From contig CBDCTA010000017.1 of NCBI GenBank assembly GCA_965221955.1, forward strand, positions 1 through 64,000: a stretch of 64,000 nucleotides of DNA. The letters run 5' to 3'. This document shows, piece after piece, positions 44,596-54,169 of the stretch. The position numbers and the translations under genes were made by a program. The notes beneath the pieces were generated by a model. It was not told where the DNA came from, did not search any database, and worked only from the letters and a program-made list of their open reading frames with translations. How positions within the stretch are numbered: position 1 is the stretch's first letter; the number at the start of each line of letters is the position of its first letter. Source of the stretch: Gammaproteobacteria bacterium. GTDB taxonomy: Bacteria > Pseudomonadota > Gammaproteobacteria > UBA4575.

Positions 44596-46817
44596 TTCAA
44601 TGCACTCCGTTCGCGCTTTCTAAACGCAATAACTGCAGGAATAAACGAAATTAATAAAAATATTCCAAGATAAACCAATGGCCAATAATTAGGTTTATTC
44701 CATTCTTGCCGCTTGATTGCGCGCTCCTTGGCATTCACACGCTTATATTTGAGCGTATTATTTGCCATTAAATTAGGCTTCACATTCTTATACCAATCAT
44801 GAAAAAGCGAAAATGCTTTAGGATGAAATCCCCACAACCAGGGAGCATCTTGTTGAGCGATTTTTGTCATTTTTTTAATAATCGCTAAACGCTCTGGGCC
44901 ATTCTTAATATTCTTCATTTTTTCAAATAAGCGATCAAATTCAGGATTTGAATAATTTGCCGCATTTTCACCATGGTATTCTACTTTTCCATTAGGCCCA
45001 TATAATAGAAAAAAGAAATTTTCTGGATCTGGGTAATCTGCATTCCACCCCCATTGAAATATCTGGCTCGTTCCGTTACGCATTTTTTCTTGAAAACGAT
45101 TATAGTCCGTTGCACGAATTACCAATTGAATACCAATTTTCTGGTACTGTTTACGCATCCAATTTAATTGTGCTTTCGCATCTGGTCCTGCTGCGGGCGT
45201 ATCAAAATTAAGCACTAATTGTTTTTTTGTTTTTGGATCAATGCCACCTGCATAACCGGCTTCTACCATCAATTTTTTTGCGATTTCAATATTCTTTCTT
45301 TTAGGCTCTCCAAACTTCCATTCATAAACATATGGATTCACACCCTCTTCGCCTTCAACATTTCCAAAAATCCCTGGTGGAATTGGCCCTTGTGAAGCAA
45401 CACCTCGTCCGTTAGCAAATATTGAAATATATTCTTCATAATCCACCGCAATGGAAATTGCGCGACGCAACAAACGTGCAGATTCTGAGTCACCCCCTAC
45501 AATCGGGTCTAGCATATTAAAACCCATATAAAAGATAGAAGTTGTTACAGCTGTCTCCAGCTGGATTCCTTTATCAATCATTAAGTCGGTCAGTTGCAAA
45601 TCTCCTGTTGAGCCAAATTGAATGGCTTGATCAAAACTGTCGGATGACACACCTGATGTATCGTAATAACCTTGCAAAAACTTATTCCAATATGGAATAT
45701 TTTCTTTCTCAAGACTGTAGACTGCTTTAGCAACCATTGGCAGTTTCTTACCAGCATCTTTCAGCAATCCCTTCGCTTTGTCATCAGGCTCACCTTCAGA
45801 CGGGTAACGCTCATCATGAAAGTTTGGGTTCTTTTCCATCACCATACGTAAGTTGGGATTATTTTCTGTAAGCATGTATGGCCCAGTACCCACCGGATAC
45901 CAATTCAACGAAATATTGCGTTCTTCCATTCCATCTTGTGCATAAAATTTTTCTGCCTCCCATGGCATTGGAGAAAAAAATGGCATGGCCATCCAATAGA
46001 TAAGTTGCGGATACTTCCCTTTAATTCGAATACGATATGTATAGCGATCTACTACACTCACACCTTTTAGTTTTATCTCACGTAAATCGTGCCAACCTAC
46101 ATTAGGACTAGGATACATTTCGGAAACTTGTTTACGAAATTCATCAAATCCTAAAATATATTCACGCATTACACCTGCAATAGGTGAATGCAAGTATGGA
46201 TTCGCGATTCTTTTAATTTGATATACATAATCTTCAGCAGTCAGTTCACGTGTTCCTGTTTCTTCAAAGTCACTCAATACATGAATATCCTCTAAATCTT
46301 TTTCAGATACATCAAGATATTTGGAATTACCTTTTTCATCACCAGCAAATGCAGGATGTGGTTGAAACATGATGCCTTTAGCGATTTTAATGGTGTACTC
46401 AGAATACGCGATGCTATCAATCGCATTTTCATCTACTAAAACTTCATTTTCTGCATAGTACCGAACTTCAGGCATCTGACTTGCAGTTAGAGGAATCAAT
46501 GTATAAGGACGTAGCAAGTAATGATATTGCAAGGGAGGTTCATAAATTTGTGCAATGAACTGATATTCATTTGCACTGTATGAGCTAACTGGATCTAATC
46601 GCTTCGGTCGCTCACTGAATGATGAATAAATTACCTCTACATTTTCACCATTCTCTGCATCATCGCTTGGATAAGGATTATTCCAAGCACCATCACTACA
46701 TGCATTAAGTAAAAATGCTAGAAAAAAATAAATGAAAACTATCGAACGACTGTTCACAGGATGGTTTAATGTATAATCTATCCGAGAAAGACTATTCTTC
46801 CCTGAAATATAATTCAT
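44592..46817 (-). CDS. ABC transporter substrate-binding protein, family 5
   Basis: LDPVSSY, QIYEP, PVGTGPY, GWNADYPDPENF; start uncertain. Confidence 0.9.
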   Translation of the reverse strand: MNYISGKNSLSRIDYTLNHPVNSRSIVFIYFFLAFLLNACSDGAWNNPYPSDDAENGENVEVIYSSFSERPKRLDPVSSYSANEYQFIAQIYEPPLQYHYLLRPYTLIPLTASQMPEVRYYAENEVLVDENAIDSIAYSEYTIKIAKGIMFQPHPAFAGDEKGNSKYLDVSEKDLEDIHVLSDFEETGTRELTAEDYVYQIKRIANPYLHSPIAGVMREYILGFDEFRKQVSEMYPSPNVGWHDLREIKLKGVSVVDRYTYRIRIKGKYPQLIYWMAMPFFSPMPWEAEKFYAQDGMEERNISLNWYPVGTGPYMLTENNPNLRMVMEKNPNFHDERYPSEGEPDDKAKGLLKDAGKKLPMVAKAVYSLEKENIPYWNKFLQGYYDTSGVSSDSFDQAIQFGSTGDLQLTDLMIDKGIQLETAVTTSIFYMGFNMLDPIVGGDSESARLLRRAISIAVDYEEYISIFANGRGVASQGPIPPGIFGNVEGEEGVNPYVYEWKFGEPKRKNIEIAKKLMVEAGYAGGIDPKTKKQLVLNFDTPAAGPDAKAQLNWMRKQYQKIGIQLVIRATDYNRFQEKMRNGTSQIFQWGWNADYPDPENFFFLLYGPNGKVEYHGENAANYSNPEFDRLFEKMKNIKNGPERLAIIKKMTKIAQQDAPWLWGFHPKAFSLFHDWYKNVKPNLMANNTLKYKRVNAKERAIKRQEWNKPNYWPLVYLGIFLLISFIPAVIAFRKRERSALK

Positions 46818-46918
46818 AAGCAGCGCTATTATAGACTGTTTAATAAAAAAAGTAGTTCAATCTAAGCTTATCTACTAATATTACTTAACTTTAATACTAA
46901 TACTTTACGGAAAAACGC

Positions 46919-47704
46919 ATGGGATTCTTAGCAGGAAAACGCGCCTTAATTGTCGGCATCGCAAGTAATCGCTCTATCGCCTGGGGTATCGCCGAGGCCA
47001 TGAAACGTGAAGGTGCAGAATTAGCCTTCACCTATCAAAATGAAAAACTCAAACCTCGAGTAGAAAAATTTGCTGCGGAATGCGGTGCAGAAATCATACT
47101 GCCCTGCGACTTAGGGAGTGATAGCGATATCACCCAATTATTTGAGGAGTTAGGAAAATCCTGGGATAAATTAGATATTCTTGTTCACTCTGCAGCATTT
47201 GCCCCTAAAGAAGAATTAGCCGGTGACTTTGTAGAGCTCACCACACGAGAAGGATCGAAAATTGCTCATGATATAAGCAGCTATAGCCTTACCGCACTAG
47301 CTAAGGCTGCAAGACCCATGATGCAAGGCACCCATGGCGCTATCATCTCTCTTTCTTATATGGGTGCTGTACGTGCAATGCCAAACTACAATGTCATGGG
47401 CCTCGCCAAAGCCAGCCTAGAAGCCAACATCCGCTATATGGCGTACGCCTTGGGCCCAGATGGTATTCGTGTGAACGGTATTTCTGCAGGCCCTATCCGA
47501 ACCTTAGCGGCAGCAGGCATTGGCGATTTCAGAAAAATGCTCGACCATGTTGAACAAAATGCCCCGCTGCGTAAAAACGTAACCATTGAAGAAGTAGGAA
47601 ATACTGCTGCATTTTTATGCAGCGACCTAGCAAGCGGAATAACGGGTGAAATCACCTACGTGGATGCCGGATACAATATTGTCGGTATGACAGGATACGC
47701 CTAG
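46919..47704 (+). CDS. fabI: enoyl-ACP reductase FabI
   Basis: [34 protein letters not shown]. Confidence 0.97.
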   Translation: MGFLAGKRALIVGIASNRSIAWGIAEAMKREGAELAFTYQNEKLKPRVEKFAAECGAEIILPCDLGSDSDITQLFEELGKSWDKLDILVHSAAFAPKEELAGDFVELTTREGSKIAHDISSYSLTALAKAARPMMQGTHGAIISLSYMGAVRAMPNYNVMGLAKASLEANIRYMAYALGPDGIRVNGISAGPIRTLAAAGIGDFRKMLDHVEQNAPLRKNVTIEEVGNTAAFLCSDLASGITGEITYVDAGYNIVGMTGYA

Positions 47705-47727
47705 AACTCTTAAGGCTTTTTCGTCAG

Positions 47728-48075
47728 TTAACAATTTGAAATCACAAAAAACTTTTTAAACGATTCTTGTATCGTCCATGTTGTTTTAATTCCTTTATCG
47801 AAGGAAGCAATATCACCTGCTTGAAGTGTAACTTCTCCACCTTGTGCAAATTCGATTAAGAGCTTGCCCTCTAAAACATGAATAATTTCATCACCAGGAA
47901 ATTCATATTCAAAAGTTAATGGCTCACATTTCCATAAACCCGAATATGTAGGCTCACCACTTGAATTAGCTTGCCCTAACCAATGCACCTCCCCTGCTTG
48001 TTTATCGCCAACCATAAATGGCTCATAAGCATTTGTTGAAGTATTTGATTTCAAGTAGTTGACTTTATTATTCAT
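47728..48075 (-). CDS. cupin domain protein (DUF861/EutQ-like)
   Basis: GLWKCEP..FEY...DE.IHVLEG, GD..F.KG..TW. Confidence 0.8.
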   Translation of the reverse strand: MNNKVNYLKSNTSTNAYEPFMVGDKQAGEVHWLGQANSSGEPTYSGLWKCEPLTFEYEFPGDEIIHVLEGKLLIEFAQGGEVTLQAGDIASFDKGIKTTWTIQESFKKFFVISNC

Positions 48076-48167
48076 AATTTTTCCTTCAGTAAATTAATTA
48101 CTTTTAATTTTTATATTAGCAGATTAGAGGAGTACAATACTTTAATCCTACTTTAAGGAGATGTCAC

Positions 48168-48602
48168 ATGTCTGAATCAAATCAAACACCCTGGCACCTT
48201 TGGTTGGTTGGCATAATCGCTTTGCTTTGGAACGCTATTGGCGCACTTGATTACTATATGTCACAGACTAAAAACGAAGCGTATATGAGCATGTTCACCC
48301 CTGAACAGCTGGAATTTTTTTATAGCTTTCCGCCTTGGTCAATTGCGTTATGGGCCATTGCAGTTTGGGGAGGGTTATTAGGATCTATTCTCTTGTTATT
48401 CCGTAAACGTGCAGCTGTACCAGTATTTTTAATATCATTAATATGCATGGTAATTAACACTATATATATTTATGGATTTACAAATGGCATGGAAGTTATG
48501 GGTGATCCATTATCATTAATATTTAGCGTAGTGATTTTTATTGTTGCAGTATTTTTATACTTTTACTCTAAAAAATTAAGTTCTCGAAATATCCTTACTT
48601 AA
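48168..48602 (+). CDS. hypothetical 4-TM membrane protein
   Basis: PWHLWLVG..ALLWN.IGA.DY; AAGGAG RBS. Confidence 0.8.
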   Translation: MSESNQTPWHLWLVGIIALLWNAIGALDYYMSQTKNEAYMSMFTPEQLEFFYSFPPWSIALWAIAVWGGLLGSILLLFRKRAAVPVFLISLICMVINTIYIYGFTNGMEVMGDPLSLIFSVVIFIVAVFLYFYSKKLSSRNILT

Positions 48603-48619
48603 AAACATAAGAAATTAGT

Positions 48620-48937
48620 ATGCCTGAATTTATTTTTGCTTATCATGGTGGGAAATCACCAGAAACACCTGAAGAAGGAGCAAAGGAAATAGAAAAATGG
48701 AATAAATGGATAGCAGATCTCGGCGATCAAATGATTAATCCTGGTTCACCGGTAGGGATGTCTAAAACAGTAAGCATAGATGGAGTCGAAAACCATGGTG
48801 GAGCAAACCCCTTAATGGGCTACTCCATCATCAAGGCAGATAATATGGAAGCTGTACTAGAAATTGCTAAAAGTTGCCCCTTCTTAAACATGGAAACCGC
48901 AACCGTTGAAGTTGCGGAAATTATGCAGCTTCCTTAA
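48620..48937 (+). CDS. YciI/DGPF-like protein
   Basis: W..W...LG, GYSII.A......IAKSCP, VEVAEI pattern. Confidence 0.7.
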   Translation: MPEFIFAYHGGKSPETPEEGAKEIEKWNKWIADLGDQMINPGSPVGMSKTVSIDGVENHGGANPLMGYSIIKADNMEAVLEIAKSCPFLNMETATVEVAEIMQLP

Positions 48938-48976
48938 AAGTTGATTTTTACTATCCAGTATTTAGTCGCAAATACT

Positions 48977-49207
48977 TTACTTTCGATAAACTTCTAAAAT
49001 ACGGAATTCAAAGTCTTCAATTTGATGTAATGCAACATCAAATTGTATCGCTAGCTTTTCAGCAAAGTCTAAAGCTTTCTTTTTGGTCTCCTCTTCGTTG
49101 CCGTCTTCCATGCAAAAAATCTGAGTTAATTTCCAGCCTTGCTGTTTAATTATCCCAGTATCTTGAGGCTCTAAGGTTTTAATTTTTGCACTTCCATTCG
49201 ATTCCAT
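48977..49207 (-). CDS. hypothetical protein
   Basis: 76-aa ORF with AGGT RBS, directly after the His/Asp-rich gene. Confidence 0.55.
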   Translation of the reverse strand: MESNGSAKIKTLEPQDTGIIKQQGWKLTQIFCMEDGNEEETKKKALDFAEKLAIQFDVALHQIEDFEFRILEVYRK

Positions 49208-49219
49208 AGCACCTAATCC

Positions 49220-49723
49220 TTACTCCCAAAATTTCCACCATTTTCTGCTGTGCTCTTCTCTAGAGGCTTGACCTTGCTCTGAGCCCTTACCTAATTCCTT
49301 TCTTTCCTGCTCAGCTTTTTTCGCTTTCTGTTTTTCTAAACCTTTTGAATCCTCATATTCATCATCGTCGTCATGATCATCTCGATCATCATCGTAGTCA
49401 TCCTCATCATCATAATCGTCGTCGTCGTCGTCGTCATGATCATCGTCTTTTTTACCTTTATGATCACGATCTTTTTTATGCTTTCTATCATGATCATGGT
49501 CCTCATCGTCATCATCATGATCGTCATCGTCACTATCGTCATCATCATGTTTCATCATTTTATCTTTATGCTTGTGATCTTTTTTCACATGCTCTTTGTC
49601 TGGCTTACCTTTTTTATCTTTGTGACTTCCAGCCTGAACAACAGAAAAAGCTAGAAAAAATGAGAACAACAAAACTAAAATAATTTGCATTAGTGAATTT
49701 TGTTTTCTATTGTGACTTTGCAT
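49220..49723 (-). CDS. secreted His/Asp/Lys-rich low-complexity protein
   Basis: Signal peptide, HDDDD-type repeats, C-terminal GLEKQ...KELGKGSEQGQ...RKWWKFWE. Confidence 0.8.
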   Translation of the reverse strand: MQSHNRKQNSLMQIILVLLFSFFLAFSVVQAGSHKDKKGKPDKEHVKKDHKHKDKMMKHDDDDSDDDDHDDDDEDHDHDRKHKKDRDHKGKKDDDHDDDDDDDYDDEDDYDDDRDDHDDDDEYEDSKGLEKQKAKKAEQERKELGKGSEQGQASREEHSRKWWKFWE

Positions 49724-49725
49724 CG

Positions 49726-50145
49726 TTACACTCCTGGATTTTTAGGCATTAAAGATTTCGCATTATTAATTCTTTGAATTAATGGTGCACATAATGGCAT
49801 TAAGTCTTCATCAATAAACTGCTTTGAAGGCTTATGTTTATAAACATATTTATTAATGAGATCGACATACATCTGACAAATTGCAATTTCATTTTCATAA
49901 TTTCTAACGCTTCTAGAGTAGATCGCAGCTAGTTCAAAATGTTCCGGTGAAGGAACTTCTCCAGCGGACTCAGAACGAGCAATTTCCTCTCTACATGCAT
50001 TTACGGCTTGGAGTAAATCTGATTCACCTACATCTTCTGCTGCAATTGATTTCTCTTCATTCTTTCTACCTTTTTCAAAGATGTTGGTAAGTGTAAAACT
50101 ACTTTTGCGAATGAGAGAGTTAATAAGTGTGTCTAAAACGGACAT
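49726..50145 (-). CDS. hypothetical protein
   Basis: 139-aa ORF, probably co-transcribed with the His/Asp-rich gene (2-bp gap). Confidence 0.65.
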   Translation of the reverse strand: MSVLDTLINSLIRKSSFTLTNIFEKGRKNEEKSIAAEDVGESDLLQAVNACREEIARSESAGEVPSPEHFELAAIYSRSVRNYENEIAICQMYVDLINKYVYKHKPSKQFIDEDLMPLCAPLIQRINNAKSLMPKNPGV

Positions 50146-50322
50146 CTTCGACGCAATACTTGTTATGTAAGTGGTTGAATATTATCTATAAATTATTTGA
50201 AGTGAGATGAATCTAAGGGATTAATGGTAGAAATTACGGATAAATTGAGCATAAACTCAATAAATACTTGACGATAGTCAACTATCCCAAGACTATTCAG
50301 TTACTCAAAATCCATTAGGGCC

Positions 50323-50532
50323 TTATAACACCTCGTCTATCGGTGCACCTTCATCGCACTTTTTACATTCAAGTTTATAACCAAGCATTTTTTTACGCCC
50401 TTCATTAGTTAGTACCCATGGGCGACTTACCATAGGCGGATTATGTCGAACATGTTGAAAATGTCCGCACTCAAGTTCCGCTACCCAATGGCTTTCATCA
50501 TCGAGGTGATATCCCTCTATTCTCTGCTTCAT
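50323..50532 (-). CDS. DUF3565 family protein
   Basis: GYHLDDESHWVAELECGHFQHVRHNPP..RPWV, C-terminal CKKC. Confidence 0.85.
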   Translation of the reverse strand: MKQRIEGYHLDDESHWVAELECGHFQHVRHNPPMVSRPWVLTNEGRKKMLGYKLECKKCDEGAPIDEVL

Positions 50533-50541
50533 AAGAGTTCG

Positions 50542-50907
50542 TTAACTTGCTAACCAAGTTTCCGCTTCATCTTCTTCATCTAAATCAAATGCTTTGATTT
50601 TGAGCCCTGGAATCAACGCGCCTTCAATTTCACTAGCTTTTTTCACCCATTTTTTATCCACCAGCACTGCCGCACGATCAAATTTCTTAATAAATTTATA
50701 TGCTTCTGGTAAACGCGAAAATTCCACACCCATCGCACCCAATGTTGGAATCTCAAAATCGGTTATGCGATATAACATCTTTCCATGCTCAATATCTCGG
50801 GCACTACTAAATAATTCATCAAGCGCGACTCTCATTTCATCCTTACCTAATTTTCCACCAAATTCGATGTCTATTCGATTTTCACCATTTCTAACCACTT
50901 CAAACAT
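50542..50907 (-). CDS. SpoIIAA-like (STAS/SEC14) protein
   Basis: FDRAAVL.DKKWV, EGALIPGL.IKAF...EEDEAETWL; ATG 50907 chosen. Confidence 0.8.
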   Translation of the reverse strand: MFEVVRNGENRIDIEFGGKLGKDEMRVALDELFSSARDIEHGKMLYRITDFEIPTLGAMGVEFSRLPEAYKFIKKFDRAAVLVDKKWVKKASEIEGALIPGLKIKAFDLDEEDEAETWLAS

Positions 50908-50962
50908 AACAGTCACCAACATGTAAAAACTAAATGCTACTTTATGTAAGATTGGGTCTGTC

Positions 50963-50976
50963 CTGACATAAATCAA
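50963..50976 (+). promoter_or_regulatory. putative FNR-type box upstream of the cupin gene
   Basis: CTGAC-N4-ATCAA centred about 41 bp upstream of the ATG at 51010, with TAGAAT at 50998-51003. Confidence 0.4.
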
Positions 50977-51009
50977 TGCGTATATTAGAAATCTGCATAG
51001 AATTATTGC

Positions 51010-51339
51010 ATGGCAACACACCACGCAAGCCCAGGTGAAATTGTTGACCTACAAACGTGGGCGGCTGATTTACCCAAAGAACACACTAAGGCTATTGTCA
51101 AAACTGACGATATGGAGTTAATTAGACTGGTGTTCCCTGCAGGCAAAGGATTACCTGATCATAAGGTCGATGGCCCCATTACCGTACACTGCATAGCTGG
51201 GAAAATAGCGGTCACTGCAATGGGCAAAACTCAAGAACTGAATTACGACCAATTATTACATCTACCGCCAGGTGAAGCGCACTCCTTAAAAGCGGTTTTA
51301 GATTCTGTGGTGTTATTAACGATAATTTTTAAAAATTAA
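51010..51339 (+). CDS. cupin domain protein
   Basis: LPDHKVDGPITVHC..G, L.LPPGEAHSL.A. Confidence 0.85.
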   Translation: MATHHASPGEIVDLQTWAADLPKEHTKAIVKTDDMELIRLVFPAGKGLPDHKVDGPITVHCIAGKIAVTAMGKTQELNYDQLLHLPPGEAHSLKAVLDSVVLLTIIFKN

Positions 51340-51414
51340 CAGCCACTTATAAAAGTGTATATAACATATATATACATTTACCTTCACATACATCACACTC
51401 AGTGGAAGTTTAGC

Positions 51415-51567
51415 TTATTTACTGGTAAGAATTTCAATCTTCCAAGTCATATTAGTGCGACGGCTAACTAATTTGCAGCTTTTGTTATCAATTTTTGTAA
51501 CCCGATAGCGTTTAAGCAGATTTTTCAAATAATCTTCACCAGAATCGCTTCCTTTTAATAACTTCAT
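51415..51567 (-). CDS. putative 50-aa basic small protein
   Basis: MKLLKGSDSGEDYLKNLLKRYRVTKIDNKSCKLVSRRTNMTWKIEILTSK*, AAGGA RBS; below the ORF-track cut-off. Confidence 0.55.
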   Translation of the reverse strand: MKLLKGSDSGEDYLKNLLKRYRVTKIDNKSCKLVSRRTNMTWKIEILTSK

Positions 51568-51745
51568 AAACCAACATCCTTGTTGTTGTAGAAGTCTAGT
51601 TTCTCAAATACTTCCCAGAAATATTGTGAAAAACACAACGATTTTTGAAGCCGTTTATCGGTTAACCATAATTAAGGAAACTCAATTCACAAATTCAGCA
51701 AAAATACAGGCCCGGATAGTTTCATTTTTTTATTTGTTAGGCTTA

Positions 51746-52159
51746 CTAACAAGATGACATATCTTTAGATAACTCTGCAACAAATTTACCGTTTTTATCT
51801 AGGTATCTGTATACCATAATAACGCCAAGTTTCTTGAAACTATCTAATCCCTCCTTACTACAAAGTGGCGCAATAATCGCGTCATACAAAAGTTTATCTA
51901 CTTCATTAACATCAAGCTCTTCTACAGTTAGATTTACAAGCGTATTGTTGTAGATAATGTAGTTAGCTGTAGTCGCTGCACCATCCAACCTTGTTTCCTC
52001 ATCCAATGCTTTTGGAGATGACTCATTGATCTGCTTAACTGCTTTAGTTAATTCCGTTGACAGTTTACGTTGATGTTTTGTTTGGAGTTCCTGTGCATGT
52101 GTAATTTGGTTAACCACATTTAATACACACATCACTAAAATAAGACCAAATAATTTCAT
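51746..52159 (-). CDS. hypothetical secreted protein
   Basis: Signal peptide; P..LDEETRLD, a conserved-looking Cys pair, YRYLDKNG. Confidence 0.75.
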   Translation of the reverse strand: MKLFGLILVMCVLNVVNQITHAQELQTKHQRKLSTELTKAVKQINESSPKALDEETRLDGAATTANYIIYNNTLVNLTVEELDVNEVDKLLYDAIIAPLCSKEGLDSFKKLGVIMVYRYLDKNGKFVAELSKDMSSC

Positions 52160-52324
52160 TTATTTATACCTTTTAATGAGAATTTCTTGAATGGATACAA
52201 GTGAATATATAGGAGCACTGATCTTAAACGCCAAATAGCTTTCAGACCAATGCTTGAGCATTGAAATCATCACATATGGCTTGCTTTTGCAGATAGAATG
52301 AAAACAAACTTGCGCAAGATTTCT

Positions 52325-53038
52325 TTACATCACACTCGTAATAAATCGCATGATTGATATCGCAGCTTCTTTAGGTTGCGTTTGTAACAACATATGGGGA
52401 GTGTCAAAATATTCCACCGTTACATTTTTACCTTTTTCTTGAATCCACTTCATCGAACTTTCATACACCAAGCGATCTTTTTTTGCTCTAAGATACAAAA
52501 TAGGCAACTCACTCTGCTCTAAAATATTCGTCACATCCACAGCTGCAATTTCTCGTAAGCGATAAAAATACACTTCGCGTGTGAGCTCACGCGTTGCAGC
52601 TTGAATATTCTGAATTAATTTTGCATCCGACACGCCATTGGTAAGCATAGTTTTAATCCACGCCGCTGGAGTTTCTTTTTGCAAGTGTTTGGGTTTTAAG
52701 AAAGGTCGAATAAACTTAGTGAACAATACCTGAGGATTTTTCACAAATGAAACGCACAAAATAATGCCTTTTAAGTTTTCATCTGTGTATTTTGAAAGCA
52801 TCATCGCTAACGGCCCACCAAAAGATTCACCTAAAATGACATATGGCGAATTCGGCAACTCATCTTTTAAGTAATGACACAAATCAGAATACGTCATCAC
52901 CTTATCACTAGGGTAAGAGAGAACGATGCTATTAACAGAATCAGATAATTCTTTATGAAGCGGAGAAAACAAACGACCCGAACCATCGAAGCCAGGAAGT
53001 AAAACGAGCGTTGGTTTCAATATTTCGCTAGTGCCCAC
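52325..53038 (-). CDS. alpha/beta-fold hydrolase
   Basis: LLPGFDGSG oxyanion region, GESFGG nucleophile elbow, DRLV, PHMLLQ. Confidence 0.88.
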   Translation of the reverse strand: MGTSEILKPTLVLLPGFDGSGRLFSPLHKELSDSVNSIVLSYPSDKVMTYSDLCHYLKDELPNSPYVILGESFGGPLAMMLSKYTDENLKGIILCVSFVKNPQVLFTKFIRPFLKPKHLQKETPAAWIKTMLTNGVSDAKLIQNIQAATRELTREVYFYRLREIAAVDVTNILEQSELPILYLRAKKDRLVYESSMKWIQEKGKNVTVEYFDTPHMLLQTQPKEAAISIMRFITSVM

Positions 53039-53224
53039 TTTTGGTTAATAACAATAAGTAAATAAAACTAAATATTAATCACTGATCTTTACTTTTACAC
53101 CACTAATCCCTAGATAAAATCAGTTAACGGCAAAGCCGCATACTCTTACCCAATAGTGAAATCAACAAAAATGAATAGAGATTCATTACGTTGAGCGGCA
53201 CGAATCCAAATCAGGAGTCGGAAA

Positions 53225-54163
53225 ATGGATAAAATCAAATTTGTATTGGTTACGGGATTATTTTTTATTGCCTCAATACTTCTCACTGCATGCGGCGGTG
53301 GTGGCGGTGGAGGTTCTTCCAGCAGTGGCCCAGGAACCGGTGAAGTAAGCTTTGCGATAACCGACTCACCTGTTTCCAATGCAGTAAGCGTTGTTATTCT
53401 TGTTGCAGGAATAGAACTGAATCCTGAAAACGGTGAACGCATTAGCTATACCTTTGATGAACCCAAGTCCATCGACTTATTACAATTACAAGGGAACGAG
53501 TTCGAACAGCTTATTACCGATGAAACCGTAGTTGCAGGAAAATATACTTGGGCACGGTTAGATGTGATTGCAGAACAAGGTAATGACCAAGACTCGTATA
53601 TTATTTTAAATGATAACAGTCGCTTTTCTTTACGCATTCCCAGCAACGAACAATCAGGCTTAAAAGTAAACACCAATTTTGATGTAGAACAAAATGGTTC
53701 TACGTATTACACCATCGATTTTGATTTAAAAAAATCAGTACATGACCCACAAGGTACACCGGATTACATCCTTCGCCCTACGTTACGCTTAGTAAAAAAT
53801 GAACTCGTGGGTTCTATTTCAGGTACCGTTGACCCAGAATTAGTTATGGCAGAGAACTGTGTAGACTCTGGCGGGCAAGATGATGCGGTGTATGTCTATA
53901 GTGGTTTACAAGTTTCTCCTGATGACATTGATGGCATCGACCCAGAACCGGTAAGCACCGCTAATGTAACGTTAGATCCCAATGATGGTATGTATAAATA
54001 CACCGCAGGGTTTCTTGAGCAAGGTGATTACACTGTAGCATTTACTTGCCAAGCATCAAACGACATGCCAGATGTGGACGATGCCATTGAATTTGTAATG
54101 CCAATGGATGCACCCGTAGTTGCAGGTGAAACGACAACCGTTAATTTTGTTGTGGTGCAGTAA
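53225..54163 (+). CDS. DUF4382-like lipoprotein
   Basis: Lipobox LTAC plus Gly/Ser linker, ITDSP, IDLLQL, IDFDL.KS, YILRPTLRL. Confidence 0.82.
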   Translation: MDKIKFVLVTGLFFIASILLTACGGGGGGGSSSSGPGTGEVSFAITDSPVSNAVSVVILVAGIELNPENGERISYTFDEPKSIDLLQLQGNEFEQLITDETVVAGKYTWARLDVIAEQGNDQDSYIILNDNSRFSLRIPSNEQSGLKVNTNFDVEQNGSTYYTIDFDLKKSVHDPQGTPDYILRPTLRLVKNELVGSISGTVDPELVMAENCVDSGGQDDAVYVYSGLQVSPDDIDGIDPEPVSTANVTLDPNDGMYKYTAGFLEQGDYTVAFTCQASNDMPDVDDAIEFVMPMDAPVVAGETTTVNFVVVQ

Positions 54164-54169
54164 AATTAT

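Noticed and set aside
48119-48147. CAGATTAGAG match to the platform motif
   Set aside because: Only 10 bp, with no GGA hairpin or 28-bp site nearby; likely chance.
49336-49683. Alternative-frame ORFs (Met/Ile-rich, His/Arg-rich) and a possible tandem-repeat array
   Set aside because: By-products of the GAY/CAY codon repeats of the His/Asp protein; only the 167-aa frame has a signal peptide and an ordered C-terminus.
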